From a virus, in IMG/VR virus record IMGVR_UViG_3300029206_000002: 64,000 nucleotides of DNA; one strand, written 5' to 3'. The notes under the pieces are model-generated. The model was not told where the DNA came from, ran no database searches, and was given only the letters and a program-made list of their open reading frames with translations. The position numbers were made by a program, and so were the translations under genes. Positions 10,848 to 25,700 of this stretch are shown piece after piece. The stretch's first letter is position 1. Each line of letters starts with the position of its first letter.

Positions 10848-11773
10848 TATATAAAATGACAAGTAGTAAAGCCGTGATTGCTAAAGTAATTGCGGACTTA
10901 GGTTTAAATGAAACTGAAATACCTATTACAGACATCAAACAATGGATAGGAGAGAGTTTAATGAATATAGGTTCTGTCAATCAATTAGATCACAAAGTAG
11001 AAGTAATACCTATCAATGGTTATTAGGCTAAGTTACCATGTGACCTAGAAAGATTAAATAGTGTAGCTTACTCTACATGTGATTGTGGTGGTTGGATACC
11101 TATGAAAAAGAGTACTGGTACATTCAGTGTATATGATAAGAAAGATAACTGTGATTGTTGTAATATGATTATACACGATGATGTATTAATACCATTAGTA
11201 AAGAACCTTCACAATATTACTAAAGATAAAGACGCATTAGAAATACTTAATAAAGATACTAATACTAGATAGACACTTAGTGCATTAATTAATAATTATA
11301 CAGTTTGTAGCAAAAATGGTAGATTACAGCACACTAGTTTTAATGGTACTAATTTCAGTTATACGCCACAATATGATGTTAAACCAGGATATCTCATCTC
11401 AAACGTTCCAGAAGGATATGCGAAAATCTCATACCATGCTATCTATACTGATGAAGATGGCATGCCGATGATGCCAGATGTATAGTCTTACTTTGAAGCT
11501 TGCTTCTGGTACTGTGCATAGAAAATACTTTATATTAAGTATATAAAAGGAGAAGTACACAGATAGTTGTGGATAGATGCTAAGAACTCTTATAACTTCT
11601 ATAGAAAGCAAGCATATGCTGAATCTTTGATGCCTAATCAAGATGAATTGACTAATATTAAGTATACGTGGAATACATTAGTTCCAGAGATGGATGAAGA
11701 ACGTACTTTCTTTAGTACTACTGGAGATAGACAAGAAATTTATAATTAGAATTATAATAGACTATGGAGATAA
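10844..11773 (+). CDS. Hypothetical Cys-rich structural protein of 310 codons with 5 in-frame TAG.
   Basis: ATG 10844 in frame 2. Track ORFs at 10844 and 11567 are in the same frame. It ends at TAA 11771-11773. Confidence 0.5.
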
Positions 11774-14700
11774 ATAGCCAAGTAAATACATTTCAAGGGG
11801 GTATGAATATCGACAGTGATATTACTATGCTAGCTGATAACTAGTATAGATGGGCTGAGAATATTCGACTACTCACAGATAATGCTGGTACTACAGGTAT
11901 TCTATAGAATATAGAAGATGTAAGATAGTACGAAGGTGGTATTGAAGCATCTGAAAATATACTTGGTACAGCAGTAACTAGGTGGTACAATTCTACTAAG
12001 AAGATAGTAGAAGAATGTGGTATAGTAGTTACTATGGAATTGTATGAAGGAACTTATATTAATAATATATGGGCTATAACTGATTTCAACAGTATTAAAC
12101 CTACTTGGACTTTAGTAGTATCTGCTGTTATGAATCTAGTTAATAAAGTAGCTATCGTTACTAATTATGAGTCAGATAAAGTAAGCAAGATATATATATC
12201 TGATGGCACTTCTTCTATTAAATGCATTAATATATCTGCTCAATATAAGACAGATAAAACTAACCACATAGAAGATGATACTTACTTTGATCTATTACCC
12301 AGTTCTACTATTGCACCGTTTAAGTTTATTGAATTGACATCTGGTAATTTACCAGCTGGTATGATACAATATTGTTATCAGTTATTCAGTGTACATGGTG
12401 GAGAAACATCTACTTCTTCATTAAGTTCTATGATACCTATATCATCTAGCAATTCAAATTCATCTAAAACATTTAAAGGTGATAGACAAGGTGAGAGTAC
12501 AGATAAAGGTTGCATGTTACAAGCTACTTTGTTCAATGATGGTAGATTTGAAAAGATAAGAATTATTAGTATTCAATATACTAGCAATACTCAAACTCCT
12601 AAGATATATGTAATTAATGAATTGGACTTACCTAAATCTGAGGATAATGTAATAACATTTAATTACAATGATGTTGGTAGTAGTTATGTTAACGAATTAA
12701 GTATAGAAGAATTTAACGATCTTGTCCCATTTGAATTTAATGCTAAAAGTATAGCAAAAATGGACAATAGGTTGTTTGCTTCTAATGTGCAGGAATTAAC
12801 TTGGGATGTAGATTATGATGCTAGAGCATATAGATGTAATAGTAATGGTATTATTAAATTAAACTCTAGTATAAGTAATCAAGATATTACTACTACTTTT
12901 CAAGAACTAACTAGTCCAGAAACAGATTTAGTTATACCAGAAGAACACGATTGTATAAACCCAATGAATAGTTCAATGGTGTATCCTAATAATTCAACAG
13001 ATGAATATGCATTTGGATATGATGATAATGGAATTATTAGAGGTGGTAGAGGTTTAAATATTAGTTATAGATTTATTATAACAGATTTAATAGAGTCTGA
13101 CAATACTCCAGTAGTTGACGATGAAGGTGATAAATTTGTACCATATAGTATGAGCTTATCATCATCTAAAAAATCTTATAATACTATTAAGTTAGTATGC
13201 CCTGAAACAAAAGAATTAGTACATACATTTAATAGTGATGGTAAATCTAGAATAAGAAACTATTGTGATCCTTACTATGTATCTAATTTCTTAAGTCATC
13301 AAAGAGATGAAGTATATAGATATGGTATAATATTATATAACAATAAGAATATACCTTCTCCTGTACATTGGATTGGAGATATTAGATTCCCTTCTGCTGA
13401 TGTTGAAGGTTATGAACCTTTTACTTTTGGCGGAACTGTAGACGGATCTGGTAATTACGAATTAGTATCTCATCCACTTGGTATAATGTTCTATGTGAAT
13501 AATCTTCCTACTGATGTAGTAGCCTATGAAATAGTAAGATGTGACAGAACATTAGCAGATAGAACAATAGTTACTTAGGGACTACTAAACAGAACTATTA
13601 GATTCAACGGGTGGTACAATAATACTGAAGATTATAGAGCAGAATACTCTTTAGGTAGCATAGATAGAAGACCTACTATTATGCCTACTTTTAAAGAAGG
13701 CGTAGCTCCAGAATTTGTACAAGGGTTCTATAATTCAAGTAAGAATCTATTTGTACAACAAGATGCTTAGGATTAGAATCCTTTTGATACATATGGTATA
13801 TTTGATTTAGTGACAGCTGATATATGTTTTAATAAAGAGAAATCAGATCAGATTGTTACTAGTGGTATGAGTATTGTGCCATTATATTGTGCACACTCTG
13901 CTACATACTGTAATGACGCTAACAACAAGCATTATAGATTAGGTATACCGTTTACTAAAGTATTAGGAAAAAGTACTAATAATGTACAAAATCCATTTGG
14001 TGGACCTGTAGAATATTCTGAACATACTGGTAATAAACCTAGTGCTTCTTAGGGAGTATTCGATGGTTATGAACAAGATGGTGATATGGTAAGCGGTGGT
14101 ATATGTAAATACTATCAATTCTTTGGTAAGAATTATGCTCACAAAGATAATTCTAATTTGCGTCAATCTTTCCCTATAAAAGATGTAACTAAGCCAACTA
14201 ACATATCTCCATATCAAGAAGCGTTTGATGCCAAACAAATAGTAGATTACATAGACAGATTTGGTTTTGTAAACTATAGTATTGGTTCTAGAGAAGCTCT
14301 TGGTCCTCACGGAGTATGTTTAGCTATTAGTGCTCCAGACGTATACTCTGGTAATTATACTGGAATTCGTACTACCCCTCTATTAAGGAAATATAGACAT
14401 AATGCTGTACTGTTTGTTAATATAAAGAAAAACACTACGTAGTATGGTGGTAATACTTTTATGAGTAGAAGTTATTCTATATATAACAGTACTAATACTT
14501 ATGTTAAAACATCTTGGGAAGGATATGATAAAGCAATGTGCTTTGGTGGTGATACATATTTAGGAGTATTAGACTATACTCATACTATGTTATTTACTAG
14601 AAATGATCCGGATGATAGAAATGGTTTTAAGCGATATGTTGGAGCTTATATTCCACTAGAATCTAGTATAAACCTGTACTATAGAAATGATGAACATTAC

Positions 14701-15942
14701 TCTCAAGATATAGTAGAATCATCTGGAGATGGTCAAACTGGTGAAGCTAATGTTTACTTCCTTACAGATCCAGGATAGATGAACACTCTATATACTTAGA
14801 AAACTCCAATGTATGTATATAATGCTGCTTACTCTAATACTAGTACTAGTAAGAATTATATACAGAAATCTATATATGCTGAAGATGATGTTAAAAGCAT
14901 GAATAGAATTACTTGTTCAGAGTTAAAAACAAACAATGAACAAACAGATAGTTGGACTAAATTTAAATTTGCTAACTATTTAGATACAGATAGTACATAT
15001 GGACCCGTTACTAATCTTAAAGTATTTAAAAACAAATTGTATTTCTTCTAGGATAGTGCTGTAGGTATAGCATCTGTTAACGATAGGTCCTTGATCACTG
15101 ATAATAATGCTGGAGCTTTAACATTAGGTACTGGTGGTATTCTTACCAGATACGATTACTTAGTTACTTTAAATGGTGATAGTATCATTAATGATAAGAG
15201 TATTACTAATTCTGAAACCACTTTGTATTGGTATGATTTAGATAAAAATGTTATATGCTCACTTAGCAATGACTTTAATGAGTTATCTAAAGTAAAACAA
15301 GTATAGACGTATTTAAATAGATTACCAGATAATGCTAGAAAGAATCCAGTATCATTCTATGATAAGAAATATAATGAAGTATGGTTTAGAATATATGACA
15401 GATGTTTAATATTTAATGAACAACTAAATGTATTTACTTCTTTTTATACTCATAATCCAAACTGGTTCTTCCCATTCTCTACTAGATTAGTTACTATTAA
15501 AAACAATAATTGTTATTACTTACATAATATGTATGATGTTAATAGTACTACTAAAGAAGAGAAAATATCTTATGTTAGATTTGTAGTTAATAAAGATATA
15601 GCATATACTAAAGTATTCGATAATCAATGGTTCTCTGCTGAATTTGTAGACATTGGAGATGAAACTAAGCCTACGTTAATATCTGATATACACTTTAATA
15701 CTAAGAATTAGGAAACAGAACCTATTGATTGGAAATAGATAGAATAGAGAGAAGATACATTTAGATTCCCAATAAGTAGAGAGAAACAAAATAATCCAGG
15801 GTAGCAACAATAGACTAATATGTCTTATGCTGGAAGAATGAGAGGAAAATACTTAATCTGTAATTATACATTAGATTGTAATGATAACAGAGAATTTAAG
15901 CTTCCTTATGTTAAAACAACTTATAGATATTCAATGTTATAA
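11764..15942 (+). CDS. Giant structural protein of 1,393 codons with about 12 in-frame TAG.
   Basis: ATG 11764. Track ORFs at 12034, 13810, 14086, 14461, 14809, 15091 and 15529 are all in frame 1 and separated only by TAG. It ends at TAA 15940-15942. Confidence 0.7.
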
Positions 15943-15943
15943 T

Positions 15944-17848
15944 ATGAAAACTAAGAAATTAAAAAGAGTTCCTCAATATGCTTTCGGTGCTGATGCTATT
16001 TCAAACTGGGGTAATATGAGTGGAGTAGATAAAGCGAATGTAGTTACACAAGGAGTTGGTGCTGTAGGTAGTATGATAGGTAATGCTACTAGTGGAAAGA
16101 AACCTACAGCAGCTGGTGTAATAGGTGGAATAGGATCTGGGGCTGCAATGGGCGCTTCTATTGGTGGACCTTGGGGAGCAGTAATAGGTGGAGCTATTGG
16201 TGGTATTACTTCAAGTATAGGTTCTGGCGGTTCTGTTAATGAACAGACTGGTGAGTATGAATTGCCATCAGGAATAGCTAGGCTATTTGGTCATAGTAAA
16301 AGTTATATACGTAATAAAGCTGGTAGAATTAAAAATGGTATTCAAGCTAGACAAATGTCTGAACAAGTAGCAGCTGATTACTATCAAGAAAATGGATATA
16401 ATGAATTAAGTTTATCTAAAGGTGGAGTAGTACCATCTACTATGGCTTACTTAGATGATGGTGAAATGCTGAGAACACCAGATGGAACTATAGGTTCTAT
16501 ACCAGAAGAAGGTAAACCTACGGATTCCAATTTATTAAATGTACCTGTTGGAACTCAAGTATTGAGTGATAAGATTAAAGTTCCAGGAACAAATAAAACA
16601 TTTGCAGAAATGGGAAAGAAGTTAATGAAGAAAAGCAACAAAAAGGCTAATAATATATATGCTGAAAATAGTTAGATGCTAAATGAGAGAAATAATCAGA
16701 TAGCTTATCAAGCATTATTAGATTAGCAAGAAGCTTTGAAAAGTAAAAAAATAAAGAAGAATGCGGCTGCTTATGCAGATGGTACTAGAGGTATTAAACC
16801 ATATGGATATAATCAAAATATGACTGACTTTAAATACTGGGATCCAGATAAAAATAATTATACACAAGATTACTTAAACTGGGTTAATAGTATTACAGAT
16901 CAAGATGTAAAAGATATCTATAGCGGTAAATACGGAGACATGTCTACTTACTTAGGTAAGAATAAAGGAGTTGTACCTACAGTAGAACAAGCTAGATCTT
17001 TAATGACAGATAGAAAGTATGGTGACTGGCATAAGATTGGTCAAGCATATGTAGATAGTAGATCTAATCAGAGTAGTGGACCTATACCTATACCATCATC
17101 TGAAGTAGCAAGTAGATTAGGTATCCCTTATAATATTAATGCTCCTATTGGTAATGTAGATACTGCTAATGCTAGAAGTAGTAAATACTTTAACTATACT
17201 GGTAATCCTGGACAGCTTCCAGTAGGTAATATGTATAGTGCAAATAGTAAAAAGCCAAAAACTCCAAGTGATAATAACTGGTTAGATCTAATAGACAATA
17301 TAGCTGCATTAGCTGGACCCATTGGTAATATATTCTCAGGTAGTCCTGAAAGAGTAGAAACATATACTTATGATCCAGCATATGGTCCTACTGATTATAA
17401 CATAGATCCTATACTTAGAGAAGCTACTCTAAGCGATAGAATTGCTAGATACAATATGGCTAATATTAATCCTAACACAGGAGCTAATATGGCATTTGGT
17501 TTACAATCAGCAGTTAATAGGAATAAAGCTATCGCTAATGCTTATGCTACTAAGAATAATGTTGAAAATCAAATGGCATTTAACAATGCTCAAATAGCTA
17601 ATCAATGGGGACAACAGTATGCTAATGCTAGACATTTAGCTTCTGTAGAACAAGCTCAGAATGATGCAGCTGCTAGAAATATTCGTAGAAAAGGATTTGG
17701 TGATTTATCTACAAGAATATAGTAGATAAGTAGAGATAAACGTTTAACTAAAAGAGACTCTGCTGTACTAGAAGCTATGTTACCTTATTTGGAATATGGT
17801 ATGACATCAGATCAATTAACTAAATTATATAATAATTTGAAAAGATAA
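15944..17848 (+). CDS. Virion protein of 635 codons with a glycine-zipper segment, 2 in-frame TAG.
   Basis: ATG 15944 in frame 2. It contains GVIGGIGSGAAMGASIGGPWGAVIGGAIGGITSSIGSGG. It ends at TAA 17846-17848, overlapping the next ATG as TAATG. Confidence 0.6.
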
Positions 17849-19710
17849 TGGCAACGAATAGATTTGATAAACCAATAGAAAGTGAGTATATTAGTTAGTA
17901 TACACCAATACCCTTTGAATAGTTATATGCCATAGGTAAAGCAAATAACGAAAGAGTAGATAAAGCTTATTAGGATTTAGGTAATCAGTTTACTAAGTGG
18001 TCAGAGTTTAGATCACCATCAGCTGTAGATACCAAGAGATGGTATGATTTAACAGTTGGAGCTGGACAAGATATAGTAAACAAATTAGCAGCTAATCCAG
18101 ATTTGATTAAAACAGCAGAAGGTAGATCCTTAATACAATCGTTTATTAATACTAGACCTTATAATGAATTAAGCTAGTTACAATAGAGCAAAGAAGGATT
18201 ACTTTAGAGATAGAAAGTAAATCAACAACTTATGCTATCTGGTAAGTATAATCCTATGTGGCACGATATTGACTTTACTAATTATAATACTTTAGATAGT
18301 GGAGTATTTAATGATGTTGCTCCATTAGCTTATAAGTCAGAAGTAGATTTAGTAAAGCCTTATGTTGATAATTTGAAACCTGGATTTATTAGACAAGAAG
18401 GTGCTTATGATTGGAGAGGAGTTTCATCTGAAAGAACAGATCAAGAAATAGCTAACAATATTTCTGCTATATATAACACTCCTGAAGCACAGAAACATAT
18501 ACAAGTATTAATACAGCAAGGATATACTCCAGAACAAGCCAATGCTTTATTTGCTAGTCGTATATATAGAGCTGGTAGAGAATTTGCATATGAAGATAGA
18601 GAACTTAATCCTTTATCTAAGATATACGAAGAAGATAGATTAAAGAGGGCTAGAACAGGACAACAAACTGCTCAAAAACCATTTAGATTGACAGAATCTA
18701 TTGCAGCTACTGGTGGAGATGCATTTAAATTAGGAACTCAAGCTTACATAGCTAATAAATATAGAGATCAGATAAATTCTTTAACCGATCAATATAATAA
18801 AGCTGTCGAATCAAATGATACTCTATCTGCAAATATATTTAAGGAACAATTACGAAAAATATATAATGAATCTAATAGTTACACACCAAATAAACTGTTT
18901 AATGAAATATTTAAAGAATATGCTACAGATGGTAAATTAACTAATATAGATTTATCAAACGCTACTAATGATATTTTGAATAGATTTGCAGCTCCATCTC
19001 CCATAGCTTCTGTAAATGATTTATTACAAACTACCATACCAGGTGTTACATCTGAAACAGTTACTACTCCATTAGGTAAATACAGAGTAATAGCTAATCC
19101 TAGACAATTAGATTTAGCTACAGATGTTATATCTGAAATAGCTGGTTATAAACACGTAGAATCTGGAAAGAATAAGTTTAGAGATGCTCTTAAAAATGGT
19201 AAACTAACGAACGTTATTCTTCAATAGGGAGGTAATATTCTTACTTTACCTGTAAATAAAAATGGACAAGTACAGCCTAATTCTAGTTAGGTAATTACAG
19301 TAGCTATACCCCAAAGTCAATTAGATGCGTTAGGTATAACAGACGCAGATATGGTTATATCTGGAGCTAAAAGAATATACGATCGCTCTGGTAAGGTGTC
19401 TATATCTACAGAAATAAAAGAAGGTGATAAACGTAAACTACCATTTCAAAGATATTTAGAAGAAGGAGAGTATAGCAGTAAATATAACTATAAAGGAAAA
19501 GTATCTTACAATGTTCCTACAGAAGATGTATATTGGTAGATAGAATTACTAAATAAACTTCCAGATCCACAAGATAAATTAAATGCTGAATACTTAGATC
19601 AACAAGCATGGAAGCTATCTATGACAGATGCATTTAGATCTGAATTATATCCAAGTACACAACAGGAAGCTTACGGCATTGGTTATTCTGCCGGAGAAGA
19701 AGAAAAATAA
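17848..19710 (+). CDS. Hypothetical structural protein of 621 codons with about 10 in-frame TAG.
   Basis: ATG 17848 in frame 1. Track ORFs at 18232 and 19351 are in the same frame. It ends at TAA 19708-19710. Confidence 0.6.
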
Positions 19711-19756
19711 AATCGCATAAAAAATGGCTAAGAAAAATAAATTTAATTTGAATTCC

Positions 19757-19784
19757 CCCTCACTAGGACAATAGCTAGTGAGGG
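19757..19784 (+). terminator. Perfect 10-bp stem-loop (ccctcactag / ctagtgaggg) between two late genes.
   Basis: Inverted repeat read from the sequence. No clear U-tract follows. Confidence 0.4.
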
Positions 19785-19789
19785 AAGCT

Positions 19790-22700
19790 ATGACTCCGTA
19801 CAGCGAAGGGTTTGATATATCGCAACTACCATAGTCATATGGAATAAATGAATTTACTACAGAACAAGAAGTGCCAGTAGTAGAAGAAGCTAAAGATAAT
19901 AAAAGATCTTTAGCTGAAGATATTGTATGGAATACTGGAAAACTAATAACTAATGTATTAGATAATGCTAATCCATTATATCAGTATATACAAAAAGAAA
20001 GACTTAGTGTTGGATTGTCTAAATTACAAGACAATTTAATGGAAACAGAATCTAAATGGATACCACAGATATAGGAAGCTCAAAACTATTTAGAAGCTAA
20101 GTCTATTGTAGATAATATCTCTAATAATATACTTACAGATGAATAGAAAATGGCAGTACAAACTGTTAATTAGTTAGAACCTAATATAAAAGAGTATGCT
20201 AAATCTAATCCGTACTTAAGAGATTTATTCTACGATACAGATCCTACGAATGTAAATGGTAGTATAGCTATAAACTTTAAAGCTTTGCTAAATGACTTTA
20301 AAGATAATAATATATTCAACGTAAATCCGCTAGATAATATAGCTACAGCGTTAGAAGATAATGCATTAAACTAGGAAGAACAAGATTTCTTATGGAACAA
20401 TAAATAGCAACAAATGTCTGATAAAGAAAGATTAGACGCTATTTAGAAAGTATTATCTGATGCTAATGATGAATACGAAGATAAAACAGCTAAGATAGTA
20501 AAAAGATAGAATACTTTAAAGAAAGGTAATTGGTTGTACGATCCTACTGCTCTTACTAAAGAATTTGAGTAGAGAGTAAATGAATCTGAGTTATCTATTA
20601 CTGATCCTAAATCTTGGTTTTATAATCTAGGTCATATTGGTAGTTCTTTGTCTGAAATAGAAATGATGTTCTTACAAACAGGAACTTCAATATTGGCTAA
20701 TAAAGCAGCTAGAAGTCTAGCTGTTAGAGGTGCTATAACTGCTGTTCCAGGTGTTGGTCAAGCAGCTACAGCAATTGCTTTAGGAGAAGCAGCTTTTAAT
20801 CTTTGGTTAGCTAAATATTACAGGCAATCTGAAACAGCTAGTGAAGTGTTTGACAACTATCAGCAAAGAGTATTGCAAAGTGCTAACGATAATAAGACAG
20901 ATGTAAATAGAGTATTAGAATCTTGGGAACCTAGATTAGGTGAGTTAGGTTATCCTGTAGATTAGATGGACAAAAATGAAAAACTACAAGCTGGTTTAGC
21001 TCAAGGTCTAACTACAGATCAAAAAGATTTTGAAGAAATCAGAAACGATGCTTTTGATGGCTTACAAATGGTTAGAGATGTGAATGACGCTTTAAGTTAT
21101 TCAGATTATTTACAAAGTATGCCGTTTTCCTATGGAGGTAAAATATTATGGAATTAGGCTAGTAAAGCATTAGCAAAAGCTAGAGGTATAGAAAGACCTT
21201 TAGATGAAATACCAAGTGTAGTAGACCAGATTGGTTTGGGTAAAGCTATTGACAGAGGGGTGGAAAATATTCTGAACAAAGCATCTAGACCTGGACAAAA
21301 TATTACTAGGAAACATTTATTAGAAAACATTGGTAAATTCGCTAAAGCTAATGCTATTAATTTTGTATCTGAACGTAGTGAAGAAGGTGTTCAATCTGTA
21401 GTTGGTAGTAGATATCAAAGAGGAGAATACGACTATTTAAAAGACAAAGGAATAAATCCTATATCTGCTGCATACAACGCTGGTCTTCTTGGGTATGAAG
21501 CCAATCTTGCTTACTTTGGTTTATCAAATGATAATTATCTAAATACAGATGATGAATTAAAGAAGGCGATGGATATTGGTGGATTCATAGGTTTAGTAAT
21601 GCCATTTGCTGGTAATGCAGTACAATTGAAAAATGCAGTAAGACAGTATGCTTCAGATAAAGAAGTACAAAAACTTATTGCTAAAGGATATAGTAATGCT
21701 GAACAGGATAACAAAATGGATGTCTTCCTCGATGCTTTACAAGCTGGTAAAGATATTAATTATGTTACAGATTATTTAGAGTCTGCTAAAAAATTGAAAC
21801 AGCCTGGAGTAACAGATGAAATGATAGATGAAGACAAAAATCTAGCTACTAATCTGTGGGCTGAATATCGTAATAAATCTATTGATGAAAATTTAAAAGA
21901 TTTAGGTATTAAGAGAGGCAGCTCTGAGCATAGAAAAATAGTTAAGAACTATCTACATATTAAAGATAGATTGAATGAGGCAGAGCAATCAACTAACGAT
22001 GTAGCCAAAGAGTTAGAAAAGATAATAGAGCAAGGTAAAACTAATAAAGATGATGTGTTCCTACAAAAAGCTAGAGAATCTTATGATGCATTTGTTGAAA
22101 GTAAAAGATAGTCTGATGAAGATTATCAATACAAAATGAACGCTACTCCAGAATATGCAGACGAAATAGAACAAGATTTTTTATCTACTTTACCTACTTT
22201 TGATGAATATTCAAATGCTGTATATGATATTACTTATCTAAAATTATAGAATCAAGCTATAACAGATTTGTATAAAGCTCTTACTAATAGAACTAAAACT
22301 TTACAACAGTTATCAGAGGATACTGGTTTAGATGTAGATCTCAGAAATATAAATAATATGAGAAACTACATTAAAAGAGAAAAAGAAAGAATAGAAAGAA
22401 ACGTTCGACAAATAGTAAGTACATACGGTATACAAAATTTAGATTAGGCTCAAGATCCAGTAAATGCTGAATAGATAAAGAATTATGTAACAGCGTTTGT
22501 AATGAATAAAGCTGTAAGAGATAGATTGAGAGATCAAGCCACAGCTTATATTACTGGTAAACTTAAAGCAGAATCATATTAGGATATCAAAGGATATTTG
22601 TTCAAAGATTTATCTGAAGAGCAATAGGATAATATTATACAAGAATATACAGATAAAGCACTAAGAGAAGGTAAACCTCAACCTAGTAGAAAATCTATTA

Positions 22701-25700
22701 TATCTAAGTATAATCAACAAGCTCAGATGAAGTATAATGATTTACTAGAATTAGCTGATCAGGAACGTGCGTCTAGAATTGTAGCCAATTCGTTATTTGC
22801 TGAACATCTAAGTAAATCAGTTAGATAGGAAAAAGTTGCTAGAAAAGAAAAAGAGGAAGCTGGAGAAGTATTACCACAAGAAGAAATAATAGAAAATCCA
22901 GCAGCTGCTACTGAAGACACTACTAAAAAACAACAAGAAAAAACAGAGGTTAAACCAGAAACTCCAATACAAGAAGGAATACAACAATAGCCTGTAGTAC
23001 AAGAAACTAAAACAGAAACAGTAGAACCTGTAGTACCTGAATCCATGTCTACAGATGTAGATGATATTCTTAGAGAAGAAGAACAAGCTTTACTAAATCA
23101 AAAGGGCAGGCAGTTAGAAATAGAACCTAGTAGCGAAGATGTTCTAGTAGAAAGAGTTATAGAAGAATAGATACAATAGCCTGAAAGAGAAGTACAGGAT
23201 ATTATAGCCAGAGAAGAAAAAGTTGATGTAACTGTAGACGATGTTAGTCACGTAGAAGATAGCACACCTTCTCCACAAGAGCTAGAATAGGAAGATATAC
23301 GTAACAGAACTTTATAGAATCCTGATGAAGTATCTGGTGTTAGTGAACAAACATCTGAAGAAGTACCAGAAATTGCTGTAGCTACAGATGCTCAAGAAGC
23401 AAATGAAGAACAGAACACTAATACAAAAGATAAAAGTAATCCAGTACCACCAACTCCAACTCAAGTAGAAGACAGCAAGCCTGCTCAGGATGCTCCTACT
23501 ATAACTATAGTTGATGGAGGTATATATGTAAATGATGGAACTACTTTTATATCTGATGAAGTATTGGCAGCAGAAGCTAAAATGCTAGAAGATACTTCTA
23601 CTGAAGTATATGGAGAAACTGGCTACGCTAATATGAAACCTGAAACTGTTACTAATAACTCTGATGCATTGAGTAATAGAAAGGTATAGAAAGTAAAACA
23701 TGTTTCTAACACGTTTTTCTTCCAACCAGATGCTGCATCTCCAATGAATATTACTGTGAATGGTAAACCTATTACTTTTACTAATAGTAAAGGAGAAGTA
23801 ATACCTGTATTACCAGGAAAAGAATTATCTAAAAGACTTTTAAAGAACGGTTGGATAAATTCTGTAAATGCTTATTATATAGTAACTAACCATAGATACG
23901 GAGACACTTCTCCATATATGCAAGCTATTCACTTAGTATTAGAAGATACTGATGGAGTAATGATAGCTTCTCTAAGAACTCCAGATTATGTAGATAAAGA
24001 AATAGCATCTGGTAATTATAATTCTGAACAAGTTCAGTAGTTACAAAAGTAGAAAGAAAAGTTAATAGAAATTAGGCAACAGATAGTAAATGCTTACCTT
24101 GGTAGTAATAAAACTATACCTACTACTATTATAAAGTCTGTTAAACCAGCTAAATTAAGAATAAGTAATGGAGAATTTAATAACCAAAAATCTCCAGAAG
24201 GAGCTCCTGTAAGACGTAAACTTACAGAAGTTAATGACTTTGGATTAGAACAAAATAACGTAAGAAAGTTAGATCAACAAGTAAAGGAATTGCAAATTGG
24301 TTATGGTACTGGTTCTGTAGAAGACTTTGTTACTGAACCTTTTGTTATTCGCAAATTAGGGTCTAATGACGAATTAGCGAGTAATGGTGTTGGTAGATCT
24401 GGAGCATTATATATATTCCCAAAAGCAGAACAAACACCTAATGGTTCTATAGCTCCTATTCAATTATCTATACATAAATTAGATTATGATATTTATGGAG
24501 ATGAAGTTGAATTGGGAAAAGACGGTAAAGTAAATTCTTTAGCTGAATTAGCATATAAGTTGTTAATCGGTAAAATAAAACTTGGTGGTGCTGAGCAAGA
24601 TGTACTTAATATAATTGTTAATAATGGACCAAAGACTTTAATAAGTGAAGAAATAGGACAAAAATATCCATTCTTAATGGATAAAATGCTCTATTACTAG
24701 TCTGAAGAAGGTAACACACATGTACAATTTGCTGTAAGAAATTCTAATGGTAAACACATAAAAGTAGAATTTGATCCTAGTAGAGCTTCAGAATCTCAAC
24801 ATAAATTAGCTATAAGAAAAATAGCTAAAGATCTGCATTGGAATACCGATAAGTATGCTTTATTAGAACCTATATCAGATAGTATTATTCGACTAGCTAC
24901 TTCTTACTTTAAACAGTATCCAAACGCTAAACAATTTAAGATAGCAGGTTTAGAGCAATTAGCTTTTACTAGAGAAGACTTAGGAATAGGTACTGATAAA
25001 GGACCAGTGTCTTTACTTACTTGGTTAATTAACACTGGTAAAATTGAAACAGATTTAGGTGATACTATATATAGAGCTCCTTTCATATATACAGATGGAG
25101 TAGCTATACCACAAGTTACTGAAACAGAATTAGCTAGTGCAAGCAAACAATAGCCAGTATAGAAATCAGCATAGAGAAAGGTAGAAGAAACTAACAATAA
25201 ACAAGTAAAATTAGATAATAAACCTATTTCTACTACAGGTATAGAATATGTTTCTACTAATGAGAATTGGTCTGAAGAATAGATTAAAGATTGGATGAAA
25301 ACCAATTCTCCTCAATACAAATATAAAACTGGTAAATGGCAAATAATTCGTAGAAATGGTAAATTGCAAGCTGCTCAGAGATTAGCGAAAAGAGGGTTAA
25401 CTTCACAAGTAAAAGGTGAAGGTAAATTAAATGTAGATGAAGCTAGACAATGGCTACAAGATAAACTAGGCATTGACAAATCAGATGTTGTAACTTCAGA
25501 AGCAGTATTTAGAATGGCTAATGCTCCACAAGTATACGGTGCTTTAAAAGTATGTATGGATAGACTTAGTGGTGATACAGCAGCTAGAATATTCTTATCA
25601 GAACAATCTGGGCAAGGAGTAGAATTCCACGAAGGTTTCCATTATGTAAGTTAGTTATTAATAAACGATAAGCTTAGAGAACAAGTATATCAAGATTATG

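Noticed and set aside
22759-23086. Minus-strand ORFs 22759..23046 and 22871..23086.
   Set aside because: They are antisense to the acidic linker of the giant ORF and have an F/L/S/C-rich junk composition.
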